DNA of 64,000 nucleotides, taken from positions 96,001-160,000 of the forward strand of contig CAWGVS010000007.1 in NCBI GenBank assembly GCA_963826115.1, read 5' to 3'. This DNA is from an uncultured Candidatus Rokubacteria bacterium. GTDB taxonomy: Bacteria > Methylomirabilota > Methylomirabilia > Rokubacteriales > DASRDR01. The position numbers and the translations under genes were made by a program. Of the stretch, positions 45,595 through 54,411 are shown piece after piece (the stretch's first letter is position 1; each line of letters opens with the position of its first letter). The notes below the pieces were generated by a model. The model ran no database searches and had not been told where the DNA came from. It worked only from the letters and a program-made list of their open reading frames with translations.

Positions 45595-46498
45595 GCGACG
45601 CCCCCGGACCTAGCCGCGCGCCCCGGAGGTACGCGTCCCAGTCCATCGCGCGGCGGTTCTCGGGCTGCACCTCCAGGGGCTCGAGGAGCCCCGCCCCGGT
45701 CCCGATCGCCAGCCGGTCCGCCCCTCGTGTCAGCACGCCCGGTTCGCCCTCCCCGGAGATCGCGCGCGCGCGCCAGATGAGAAGACGGCCGCCGGCCCCG
45801 AAGGTCGTGGCGCCCGGCCAGGGATTGAGCCCCCGGACCCACGCCGCCAGCGCGACCGCCGGCTCGGTCCAGTCGAGAAGGCCGTCCTCCTTGCGGAGCC
45901 GTGGCGCCAGCGTGGCCGCTGCGGGGTCCTGCGGGCGCGGCGTGAGCGTGTCCAGGCGGTCGAGGGTCTCGACGAGCACCTCGGCGCCGAGGACGGCCAG
46001 ACGCGCGGTGAGCGCGCCGGCGGTCTCGGCGGGGCCGATCGGCGTCGCCCGCTGGAGGAGGAGCGGGCCGGTATCCATGCCGGGATCCATCTGGAACGTG
46101 GTGATCCCGGTCTCGTGCTCGCCGCGAACGATCGCCCACGCGATCGGCGCGGCGCCACGGTAGCGCGGCAGCAGGGACGCGTGGACGTTGATCGAACCGC
46201 GCGCCGGCACGTCCAGGACCGCGCGCGGCAGGATCTGCCCGAAGGCAATCACGACGGCGACGTCGGCCGCGTGCTCGGCGAGGCGCTCGGGCCAGCCCGG
46301 GTCGCGAAGGCGCGCGGGCTGGAGCACCGGCACACCGTGCTCGGCGGCCGCGATCTTGACGAGCGAGGCCTGCGCTCGCTGCCCGCGATCGCGGGGCCGG
46401 TCGGGCTGGGTCACGACGGCGACGACGTGGTGGCGGGCCAGTAACGCCTGGAGAGTGGGCAGCGCGAACGCCGGGGTGCCGTAGAACAGCACGCGCAT
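45569..46498 (-). CDS. fmt: Methionyl-tRNA formyltransferase
   Basis: FYGTPAFA, TQPDRP, NVHASLLPRYRGAAPI, MDTG. Confidence 0.97.
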   Translation of the reverse strand: MRVLFYGTPAFALPTLQALLARHHVVAVVTQPDRPRDRGQRAQASLVKIAAAEHGVPVLQPARLRDPGWPERLAEHAADVAVVIAFGQILPRAVLDVPARGSINVHASLLPRYRGAAPIAWAIVRGEHETGITTFQMDPGMDTGPLLLQRATPIGPAETAGALTARLAVLGAEVLVETLDRLDTLTPRPQDPAAATLAPRLRKEDGLLDWTEPAVALAAWVRGLNPWPGATTFGAGGRLLIWRARAISGEGEPGVLTRGADRLAIGTGAGLLEPLEVQPENRRAMDWDAYLRGARLGPGASLGAPISRR

Positions 46499-46558
46499 CG
46501 GGGTCAGACGTCGACTGCTAAACGAGTCCCCCGCTGGCGCCGGCAAGCGGCCGCTGGG

Positions 46559-47083
46559 TCACAGTCGCATCCCTGCCGCGGCCGGCTCGGCCGGGAAGCC
46601 CTCGCGCTTGATCTGCCGCTTCAGCCGATCCCGCGTGACCTTGTCCAGGCGGTCGATGAAGAGGATGCCGTCCAGGTGGTCGATCTCGTGCTGGAGGACG
46701 CGGGCCAGGAGGCCCGTGGCCCGACGCCGGAACGACGTCCCGGACCGGTCGGCCGCCTCCACCACGACCCACTCCGCGCGCCGCACGTCCGCAAAGACGC
46801 CGGGCAGCGAGAGGCACCCCTCCTCGCCGACCTGTGCGCCCCCCTGCTCCACGATCACCGGATTGATGTACGCCCGCCCGCCGACACCGCGTCCCTCGTC
46901 GACGACGAGCATGCGGAGCTCGATGCCGACCTGGATCGCGGCCAGCCCGATGCCCACCTCGGTGTGCATCGTGTCGATCATGTCGTCGAGCAAGCGCTCG
47001 ACCTCGGGCGTGACCTCCCGCACCGGCGCCGCCCGGCGCCGCAGCACCGGGTCCCCGTAGAGCCGAACCTCCAGGACCGCCAT
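46559..47083 (-). CDS. def: Peptide deformylase
   Basis: GIGLAAIQVG, EGCLSLP, QHEIDHLDG. Confidence 0.97.
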   Translation of the reverse strand: MAVLEVRLYGDPVLRRRAAPVREVTPEVERLLDDMIDTMHTEVGIGLAAIQVGIELRMLVVDEGRGVGGRAYINPVIVEQGGAQVGEEGCLSLPGVFADVRRAEWVVVEAADRSGTSFRRRATGLLARVLQHEIDHLDGILFIDRLDKVTRDRLKRQIKREGFPAEPAAAGMRL

Positions 47084-47129
47084 GTCGGTCCCCTCCCTTC
47101 CCTTCCGGACTCCCATTCTACCGCGCCCC

Positions 47130-48977
47130 TCACGGCAGTTCGACCGGATCGATGTCGACCGTCAGCCGGATGCCCCCGAGCCGCCGGCGCCCGCGGAGGA
47201 ACTCCAGGACGCTCGCCACGACCCCGGGGAGCTCCGCCCCGCCGAGCAGGACGAGCTGCATCCGGGCCCCGGCGAGGGCGGCCGGGCCGAGCACCGTCGC
47301 GCCGGCCGCGGTCCCGCGCGCGCCGAGGTCGGTCGCCAGGCGCGCCGCCTCCCGGCCCTCGACGACGAGCCGCGCCATCCGCCGCGCCGGCGGGTACCCG
47401 AGCTCCTGGCGCTCGGTCCACTCGGGCTCGTAGAAGCGGGCCGGGTCCCCGTGGGCCACCGCAACGAGGGCCGGATGCTCCGGCAGGAAGGACTGGAGCC
47501 ACGCGCTACCCCCGGCCTCTACGGTTTCGGCAACCCGCCACGCGAGCTGGAAGGTCCGCTCGGCCGCGCGGAAGTCGGGGAGGTTGAGCGTGGCGTCGGC
47601 GAGGACGAGGGCCGCGACGCCGACCGGCGCCTCCTCAGCCAAGCGGAGCGCCATCGTCGTGCCCACCAGAACGCAAGGCTCGCCCGACCGATACTCGGCC
47701 CGCGCCGCCTCCGCAGCGTCGGGCGCGACGGTGGAGTCGTAGCGCACGACACGCGCGCCGGGGAAGGCGTGTCGCGCCTCCGCCTCGAGCCGCTCGGTGC
47801 CCCACCCGAGGAGCTGGAGCCGCCGGCCGCGACAGCGCCCGCAGAGGCTCGCCGCCGGCGTCTGGAAGCCGCACAGCCGGCAGGCGAGCTGGCGCGTCTC
47901 GCGGTGGTAGAGGAGCGCGACGCGGCAGCGCGAGCAGCGGCGCACCGCGCCGCAGTCCGCGCAGGCGAGCGTACGCGCGTAGCCGAGCCGGTTCAAAACC
48001 AGAAGGACCGAGCGGCCGCGGGCGAGCGCCGCGCGCGCCGCGTCCTCGAGCCCCGGCGAGAGGCTCGCCTCCGTCACGGCGGCGGCGTCGAGCGCGACGC
48101 GCTCGACCATCGGCCACGCGTCGGGCCCGCCCGCGTCCCAGGCGAGGGCACCCTGGCGCGCGGCCACCCAGCTCTCGAGGCTGGGCGCGGGGCTCGCGAG
48201 GCAGGCGGCGCCGCCCTCGCGCCGCACGCGCTCGAGGGCGAGGTCGCGCGCGTGCCAGCGGGGCGCGTCGGGTGACTTGTGCGCGGGATCCTCCTCGTCG
48301 ACGACGACCGTGAGCCCGAGCGGTCCAACCGGGAGCCAGGCGGCCGCCCGCGTGCCGACCGCAAGGCGCGCCTCGCCCCGACGGCACGCCCACCACGCGG
48401 CCCAGCGCGCGCGGGGGGTCGCCGCACTCGTGACGAGGGTGGCCGGCTCGCCGAGCCTCGACGCCAGGCGCGCGGCCCAGGCGCGCGCCTGGTCGATCTC
48501 CGGCGCCAGGACCAGGACGCTCTCCCCCGCGGCGCGCGTCGCCGCGATCACCTGCTCGACGCGCGCGGCGCGGTCCCGGCCGGTGACGAGGCGGGCCGGT
48601 CCCGCTGCACCGGGCGCCGACGGAGGCGGCAGCGCGGGCGGCGCCCCGGAGCGCGCCCCGGGCGGCAGCGCCCGGAAGACCGCTTCCCCCCACGCGCTCA
48701 CCGTCTCCGTCGCGGCCCAGCGCGCGAGCTCGAGGAGCGACGGGGTGAGGGCCGGCACCGGGTCCAGCAGAGCGGCGAGCGGCTCGAGCCGCTCGCCGGC
48801 GCCGGTCTCCGCGTCGAGCGCGACCACGACGGCCGCCCGGAGGCGACCGCGGAACGGAACGCGCACGCGCTGCCCGGGCGCGACGCTCGGCTCGAGCTCC
48901 GGCGGGACGCGGTAGGTGAAGGTCCGGGGAACCGGGAGGTCGGTGACGACGTGCGCGAGCAGGAGGTCCGGCCTCAG
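47130..48977 (-). CDS. priA: Primosomal protein N' (PriA) with degenerate helicase motifs; probable CTG start
   Basis: FTYRVP..G.RVRVPF 3'-binding domain, VLAPEI, VGTR, LNRLGY, four CxxC pairs, GTE..E, PDFRAAERTFQL, YPP; the frame extends to a CTG overlapping the udg stop. Confidence 0.88.
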   Translation of the reverse strand: MRPDLLLAHVVTDLPVPRTFTYRVPPELEPSVAPGQRVRVPFRGRLRAAVVVALDAETGAGERLEPLAALLDPVPALTPSLLELARWAATETVSAWGEAVFRALPPGARSGAPPALPPPSAPGAAGPARLVTGRDRAARVEQVIAATRAAGESVLVLAPEIDQARAWAARLASRLGEPATLVTSAATPRARWAAWWACRRGEARLAVGTRAAAWLPVGPLGLTVVVDEEDPAHKSPDAPRWHARDLALERVRREGGAACLASPAPSLESWVAARQGALAWDAGGPDAWPMVERVALDAAAVTEASLSPGLEDAARAALARGRSVLLVLNRLGYARTLACADCGAVRRCSRCRVALLYHRETRQLACRLCGFQTPAASLCGRCRGRRLQLLGWGTERLEAEARHAFPGARVVRYDSTVAPDAAEAARAEYRSGEPCVLVGTTMALRLAEEAPVGVAALVLADATLNLPDFRAAERTFQLAWRVAETVEAGGSAWLQSFLPEHPALVAVAHGDPARFYEPEWTERQELGYPPARRMARLVVEGREAARLATDLGARGTAAGATVLGPAALAGARMQLVLLGGAELPGVVASVLEFLRGRRRLGGIRLTVDIDPVELP

Positions 48978-49675
48978 GCGCCGGCGGGCGCCCGACCCCG
49001 GACCCGGTCGTACTCGCGCCGGATGAGCTTCAGATCCTGGTACGCCTGGCGCCGGTATTCCGGGCCGGGATTGCGAAGGAGGTACGCCGGATGGAAGGTC
49101 GGGATCACGACCGCCCCGCCCAGCTGGTGGAGCTGCCCCCGCAGGCGGCTGATCGGCTCACGCGTCCGCAGGATGTGCTGGGACGAGAACGTGCCGAGCG
49201 TGCAGATCACGCCGGGCTGGATGGCCGCCAGCTGGCCGGACAGATACGGCGCGCACGCCGCGATCTCCTCGGGTTCGGGATTCCGGTTCCCGGGCGGCCG
49301 GCACTTCACGATGTTGCAGATGTAGACCTCGTCCCGCGTGATGCCGACCGACTCGAGCATCTTCGTGAGGAGCTGCCCGGCGCGCCCCACGAAGGGCTTT
49401 CCCTGGCGGTCCTCCTCCTCGCCCGGCCCCTCACCGATGATCAGGAGCCGCGTCGCCGGGTCGCCGGAGCCGAAGACGATCGTCGTCCGCCCCCGGGAGA
49501 GCTTGCACCGCGTGCAGCCCGCGCTGGCCTGCTCCACGCGGCGGAGGGCGGAGGACGCGTCCGCCGGCGGCTCGCCGGCGAGCGCCAGGTCACGGACGCC
49601 GAGCGCCTGGTGGACGCGCAGGTGGTCGGCGAGGGCGCGGGCGGCGTCGGCGAGGCCGGCGGGGTCCGGCGTCAC
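48974..49675 (-). CDS. Uracil-DNA glycosylase family 4
   Basis: CTRC.L, GEGPG..ED..G.PFVG.AG, NIVKCRPP.NR.P, TFHPAYLLR. Confidence 0.95.
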   Translation of the reverse strand: MTPDPAGLADAARALADHLRVHQALGVRDLALAGEPPADASSALRRVEQASAGCTRCKLSRGRTTIVFGSGDPATRLLIIGEGPGEEEDRQGKPFVGRAGQLLTKMLESVGITRDEVYICNIVKCRPPGNRNPEPEEIAACAPYLSGQLAAIQPGVICTLGTFSSQHILRTREPISRLRGQLHQLGGAVVIPTFHPAYLLRNPGPEYRRQAYQDLKLIRREYDRVRGRAPAGA

Positions 49676-50898
49676 GTGAGCCGCGCCTGGGGCTCCCGTG
49701 CGGCGTGCCGGAGCTCCTGGACCCGGTCGAGGATCCGGTCGGCGACCTCGGCCTTGCTCTGGCGCGGGACGACGACCGTCCCGCCCCAGCGGTCGAGGAG
49801 GACGACCTCGTTGTCAGGAGCGTCGAAGCCGATGTCGCTCCGGCTCACGTCGTTGGCGACGAGGAGGTCCACGCCCTTGGCGACGAGCTTGGCCTGGGCG
49901 TGCGCGCGGAGCTCGTGGGTCTCCGCGGCGAACCCCACGAGGAATCGAGCGCCCTTCCGGCTCCCGAGCTCGCGGAGGATGTCGGGCGTCGGGACGAGAG
50001 CGAGCGTGAGCCCTTGCTGCTTCGAGGGGATCTTCCCGGCCTCGGGGTGCGCCGCCTGGTAGTCCGCCACCGCCGCGGCCTTGATCACGATCGTGGCGGC
50101 CTCGGCCGCGTGGAGGACGGCGTCCCGCATCTCGAGGGCGGTCTGTACCGGGATGATCCGGACGCCGGCCGGCGGGGTGAGGTGGGTCGGCCCGGTGACG
50201 AGCGTCACCGACGCCCCGCGCCGCGCCGCCTGCGTCGCCAGCGCGTACCCCATGCGGCCGGACGAGCGATTGGTCAGGTAGCGCACGGGGTCCAGCGGCT
50301 CGCGCGTGGGGCCCGCCGTGACCAGGACATGCTCCCCCGCGAGGTCCCGCCGGGGCCAGAGAAGGCGCGCGGCCGCCTCGACGATCTCCTCGATCTCCGG
50401 GAACCGACCCTGGCCGGTGAGGCCGGAGGCGAGCGCCCCCGTCCCCGGCTCGAGCACGGTGGCGCCGCGGCTCCGCAGCGTCCCGACGTGCGCCTGCACG
50501 GCGGGGTGCTCCCACATCCCGCCGTCCATCGCCGGCGCGAAGAGCACGGGCCCGCGCATCGCGAGGAGGAGCGTGCCCAGGAAGTCGTCGGCGAGCCCGA
50601 GCGCGGCGCGCGCCAGCGCGTGCGCGGTGGCGGGCGCGACGAGCAGGAGGTCGGCCCGCTCGGCCAGCGCCACGTGCTCCACGGCCGCGGGCTCCTGCGG
50701 GTCGAAGAGATCGGTCAGCACGGGCCGGCCCGAGAGCGTGCGGAACGTGAGCGGCGCCACGAACTCGCGGGCGTGGGCCGTCATCACGACGGTCACCTGC
50801 GCCTCCTGGCGCCGGAGCTCACGCAGGAGCAGCGCCGCCTTGTAGGCGGCGATGCTCCCGGTGACGGCGAGGATCAGCTCGCGGCCCGCCAGCGTCAT
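49672..50898 (-). CDS. coaBC: Bifunctional phosphopantothenoylcysteine decarboxylase/synthetase
   Basis: VTGSIAAYK, EHVAL, APATA, TAGPTRE.LDPVRYLTNRSSG.MG, AAVADY, VGFAAET. Confidence 0.95.
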   Translation of the reverse strand: MTLAGRELILAVTGSIAAYKAALLLRELRRQEAQVTVVMTAHAREFVAPLTFRTLSGRPVLTDLFDPQEPAAVEHVALAERADLLLVAPATAHALARAALGLADDFLGTLLLAMRGPVLFAPAMDGGMWEHPAVQAHVGTLRSRGATVLEPGTGALASGLTGQGRFPEIEEIVEAAARLLWPRRDLAGEHVLVTAGPTREPLDPVRYLTNRSSGRMGYALATQAARRGASVTLVTGPTHLTPPAGVRIIPVQTALEMRDAVLHAAEAATIVIKAAAVADYQAAHPEAGKIPSKQQGLTLALVPTPDILRELGSRKGARFLVGFAAETHELRAHAQAKLVAKGVDLLVANDVSRSDIGFDAPDNEVVLLDRWGGTVVVPRQSKAEVADRILDRVQELRHAAREPQARLT

Positions 50899-50927
50899 TC
50901 CGCGCCCCCCGGAGTGCCCGCCGGAGC

Positions 50928-51149
50928 TCAGGCCTGGGGCGCGGGCGCCTTCTCCGCCTCCTCGGGCTTCTTCGGCTGGATCTTCCCGCCGATGACCTCC
51001 TCGAGCGCGACGGAGGTCCACTTGCGGCGCTTCGTCTCGACCTGGGGCTGCGCCCCACGGTTGAGCTGTCGGCTCCGCTTCGCGGCGAGCACGACGAGCA
51101 CGTAGCGGTTGGAGATCTGCTCGAGGGCCTTTTCCAGCGAGGGGAACAT
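50928..51149 (-). CDS. rpoZ: RNA polymerase omega subunit
   Basis: PSLE..LE.I.NRY.LV..AAKRSRQL...ALEE; lies between gmk and coaBC. Confidence 0.93.
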   Translation of the reverse strand: MFPSLEKALEQISNRYVLVVLAAKRSRQLNRGAQPQVETKRRKWTSVALEEVIGGKIQPKKPEEAEKAPAPQA

Positions 51150-51808
51150 CACGCGGTGCCTCCTGGGAGGGTCGCCTGGACCCCCCCGCCTGCCGGTAGG
51201 TCCGGCAGGCTCAGGGTGAGACGGGACGTCCGGCAGCGTTCGGCCTCGATGATGCAGCCCAGCTGCCGCAGCGCCTCGTCGAGATGACGGTTGACGATCA
51301 CGTAGTCGTACTCGCGCCACGCGGCGATCTCGTCCACGGCGCGCGCGAGGCGCCGGGCGATCTCCCGGGGCGCGTCGGACTTCCGCTCCTTGAGCCGGGC
51401 CTCGAGCTCGCGCATCGTGGGCGCGACCACGAAGATGTAGAGGCCCTGCGGGTAGCGCGCGCGGAGCTGTCGGGCCCCCTGCGTATCGATGTCGAGCAGG
51501 ATGTCCTCGCCGCGGTCGAGCACCGCCTCCAGCGTGCGGGCGGCGGTGCCGTAGAGGTGCCCGTGCACGCGCGCCCACTCCGCGAACTCGCCCCGGTCGA
51601 CCATCTGCTGGAAGATCGGCTCGGAGACGAAATGGTACGCCTGCCCCTCGATCTCGCCCGGCCGCGGGCTCCGCGTCGTGTAGGAGACCGAGTAGGCCAG
51701 GTTGGCAACCGTCTTGCGGATCTGCTGACAGAGCGTGGTCTTCCCGGCCCCGGAGGGGGCCGAGACGACGATCAGCATGCCCCGGCGCGACGACGCGGCG
51801 GCAGTCAC
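51149..51808 (-). CDS. gmk: Guanylate kinase
   Basis: SAPSGAGKTT, SVSYTTR.PRPGE, EWA.VHG..YGT, DIDTQGA, YDYVIVN. Confidence 0.97.
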   Translation of the reverse strand: MTAAASSRRGMLIVVSAPSGAGKTTLCQQIRKTVANLAYSVSYTTRSPRPGEIEGQAYHFVSEPIFQQMVDRGEFAEWARVHGHLYGTAARTLEAVLDRGEDILLDIDTQGARQLRARYPQGLYIFVVAPTMRELEARLKERKSDAPREIARRLARAVDEIAAWREYDYVIVNRHLDEALRQLGCIIEAERCRTSRLTLSLPDLPAGGGVQATLPGGTA

Positions 51809-52689
51809 TCGACGTTCTGCACCTGTTCCCGGATGCGCTCCACCAGCGTCCGCGCCTCCAGGACGCGTGCGACCAGCTCGGCGTCGTCCGCCTTCGACGC
51901 GATGGTGTTCACCTCGCGGTGGAGCTCCTGCGTCAGGAAGTCGAGCTGGCGGCCCACGGCGCCGCCCTCGGCGAGGAGCGTCCGGAACTGCGCCAGATGG
52001 GAGCCGAGGCGCGCCAGCTCCTCCGCGATGTCGCTCCGCGCGGCCCACGTCGCCACCTCCTGGGCGAGTCGCCCGGGGTCGACCGGCGTCTCGCCGAGGA
52101 TCGCCTGGACACGCTCCCGGTGGCGGAGCTGGATGCGCGCGAGCGCGGCTGGAAGCAGCGTCTCGACGCCCCGAGCCCAGGCGCCGAGGGCGTCGACGTG
52201 CCCGCTCAGGTCGCGCGCCAGCGCCGCGCCCTCCGTCTGGCGCATCCGGCAGAGCTCGTCGAGCGCCTCGGCCGTCGCGGTCTTGAGAAGGATCGCCCCC
52301 TCGCCGTCGTCCTCATCGCTCTCCTCGACGGTCACGACACCGGGAAGTCGCAGGAGGTCCGAGACGGCAACGTCGGGCGCGAGGCCGGCCGCCTCGGCGA
52401 GCGCGCGCGCCCCACGCGCGTACGCGAGCCCGAGCCCGACGTCGGTCCGCACGTTGGGGAGCGCCGTCCCGGTGCGCCGGAGGGTCACCGTCACGTCGAC
52501 GCGGCCGCGCGCCACCCGGCCCTGGACCAGACGGCGGAGATCCGGCTCGTTGGCGGTGAGCCCGCGGGGGAGCTTGACGCTGGGCTCGAAGAATCGGTGG
52601 TTGACCGAGCGAGCTTCCGCGACGATGGTGATGCGCGCACCCCGAGCCTCGGCCCGCCCGTACCCCGTCATGCTGACGACCAGGCCCAT
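51805..52689 (-). CDS. yicC: YicC/YloC family endoribonuclease
   Basis: SMTGYGR, RSVNHRF, RGRVD, EEL.RL.SH, GRQLDFL.QE..RE.NT..SK, REQVQNVE. Confidence 0.95.
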   Translation of the reverse strand: MGLVVSMTGYGRAEARGARITIVAEARSVNHRFFEPSVKLPRGLTANEPDLRRLVQGRVARGRVDVTVTLRRTGTALPNVRTDVGLGLAYARGARALAEAAGLAPDVAVSDLLRLPGVVTVEESDEDDGEGAILLKTATAEALDELCRMRQTEGAALARDLSGHVDALGAWARGVETLLPAALARIQLRHRERVQAILGETPVDPGRLAQEVATWAARSDIAEELARLGSHLAQFRTLLAEGGAVGRQLDFLTQELHREVNTIASKADDAELVARVLEARTLVERIREQVQNVE

Positions 52690-52702
52690 GAGAGTGCCTA
52701 CG

Positions 52703-52732
52703 ATGCTAGCCGATGGCGTCCGGGAGTGTCAA
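52703..52732 (-). promoter_or_regulatory. sigma70 promoter of the yicC-gmk operon
   Basis: Minus strand TTGACA-18 nt-TAGCAT. Confidence 0.65.
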
Positions 52733-52945
52733 ACACGCTCGGTTGGCGGATCGCGTGCCTCCATGGCAATAAACATCAATAATGGTGCATCTTTACGGTC
52801 ATGATCTCGGTGGCGTGGCGGCGGGCGGCACCCGCCCGGCGGACCCCGGGCTCGCGCGCTTCTTGCCAGATCGCCGCATTCTACGTTATTAGGAGGTGTT
52901 GCTTGGCACTACACAGACGGAGCGCGGGCCGCTCCGGGAGCGAGG

Positions 52946-53236
52946 ATGGGGAGCGAGTCCAGCGGTCGCCCGGTCCCTGAGAACCACCGGCAGTACGTCT
53001 GCCCGTCGTGCCATCTCCACCTCCTGTCGTGGACGCCGCACACGAACCAGGTGGAGATGTTCCACAAGGTCGCCCTGTGGTCGGACTTCTGGACGGGCGA
53101 CGTGCGGCTCATCTGCCAGTACTGCCTGGGAGCGACCGAGATCCTGCCACCCCGGCTGGTCGACCTCCTGCGCCAGCGGTACGGCTTCCACATCCCCCAG
53201 CAGACGCCCGCGCCTCCCGGCACGCGCCGCGACTGA
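52946..53236 (+). CDS. Small hypothetical zinc-ribbon-like protein
   Basis: CPSC...CQYC pair, GC3-biased codon usage, protein-like composition. Confidence 0.7.
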   Translation: MGSESSGRPVPENHRQYVCPSCHLHLLSWTPHTNQVEMFHKVALWSDFWTGDVRLICQYCLGATEILPPRLVDLLRQRYGFHIPQQTPAPPGTRRD

Positions 53237-53268
53237 CAGAGCCGCGGCGGGCCGCCAGGCCCGCGGCG

Positions 53269-53298
53269 TTGACAGGCTCGAAATCGCCCCGGTATAGT
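53269..53298 (+). promoter_or_regulatory. sigma70 promoter of the ABC transporter operon
   Basis: TTGACA-18 nt-TATAGT, preceded by a GC hairpin. Confidence 0.7.
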
Positions 53299-53334
53299 CC
53301 CGGCTGCCGACGGCGAGACCCCGAGGAGGCGTCC

Positions 53335-54411
53335 ATGCACACCCACCGGCTCACACGCCGCGAGTTCCTCTCCGCGATGGGCACGCTGTCCGCTGCCGCC
53401 GCCCTGCCGAGGGTCGGTCGCGCGGAGCCGCGCCCGATCACCGTCTCCCACAGCATCTCGACCTTCGTCTACGCGCAGCACCTGATCGCGCGAGAGAAGG
53501 GCTTCTTCGAGGCGGAGGGGGTCAGCGCCGACAAGGGCTTCATCGTCCCCGGCGGGGGCGCCAAGGTCGTGCAGGCGCTCGCGGCGGGCCAGGCGATGTT
53601 CGCCCTCGGCGACTCGAACCACCCGCTGAAGATCAGCGAGAAGGGCAAGGAGGCGGTGATCCTCTTCGCCACCGACACGCGATGCTCCTACGCGAACATC
53701 GTGGCGCGGAAGGAGCTCTACGACGCCGGGCTCACCAGCATCGACAAGCTCGCCTCGATGAAGCGGCCCGGCGGCGGCAAGTGGGTGATCGCCGCGACCG
53801 CGATCGGCTCGGGCACGTGGGTCTACGGCACGCACATCCTCGGGAACCAGAAGGGCCCCGACGGGCGTCCGCTGAACGACCTGGTGGAGTGGGTGGGCGG
53901 CGGCGCGTCCACGACGATGCTGGGCGGGCTCAAGGCCGGGAAGTTCGACGCGATCATGGCCGTGCCCGAGTGGCTGTGGGCGGCGGAGGACCAGGGGTTC
54001 GGCGCGACGATCTACAACATCCTGGACGAGGCGGCGTGGAACCGCGTGTTCGGCGGCCCCCTGCCGGTCACCGTCGGGTTCTGCCTCCGCGAGACGATCG
54101 AGAAGAGCCCGGCCGTCGTCCAGGGGTACGTGAGCGCCTGCTATCGGGCGCAGCGGTGGATCCAGAAGGCGGCCGACGGCGAGATCCTCGAGGCCATCCA
54201 CAAGCCTTACATGGACACCTTCTCGAAGGAGGAGGTCCTCAAGTCCATCCGCTACTACAAGGGCATCTTCGACTGGGACTTCCTGGTCGACGAGAAGCAG
54301 TACGACGAGGCGGTGAAGATCTTCCTCGCGACGAAGGTCCTGGACGCGCCCATCCCGTTCCAGAAGGCCGTCGACATGTCCTTCGTCCGGAAGGCGTCCC
54401 AGCGATCGTAG
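53335..54411 (+). CDS. ABC transporter substrate-binding protein (NMT1/TauA/SsuA-like), Tat signal
   Basis: RBS GAGGAG, LTRREFL twin-arginine signal, KGFFEAEG, GGGAK..QAL. Confidence 0.9.
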   Translation: MHTHRLTRREFLSAMGTLSAAAALPRVGRAEPRPITVSHSISTFVYAQHLIAREKGFFEAEGVSADKGFIVPGGGAKVVQALAAGQAMFALGDSNHPLKISEKGKEAVILFATDTRCSYANIVARKELYDAGLTSIDKLASMKRPGGGKWVIAATAIGSGTWVYGTHILGNQKGPDGRPLNDLVEWVGGGASTTMLGGLKAGKFDAIMAVPEWLWAAEDQGFGATIYNILDEAAWNRVFGGPLPVTVGFCLRETIEKSPAVVQGYVSACYRAQRWIQKAADGEILEAIHKPYMDTFSKEEVLKSIRYYKGIFDWDFLVDEKQYDEAVKIFLATKVLDAPIPFQKAVDMSFVRKASQRS

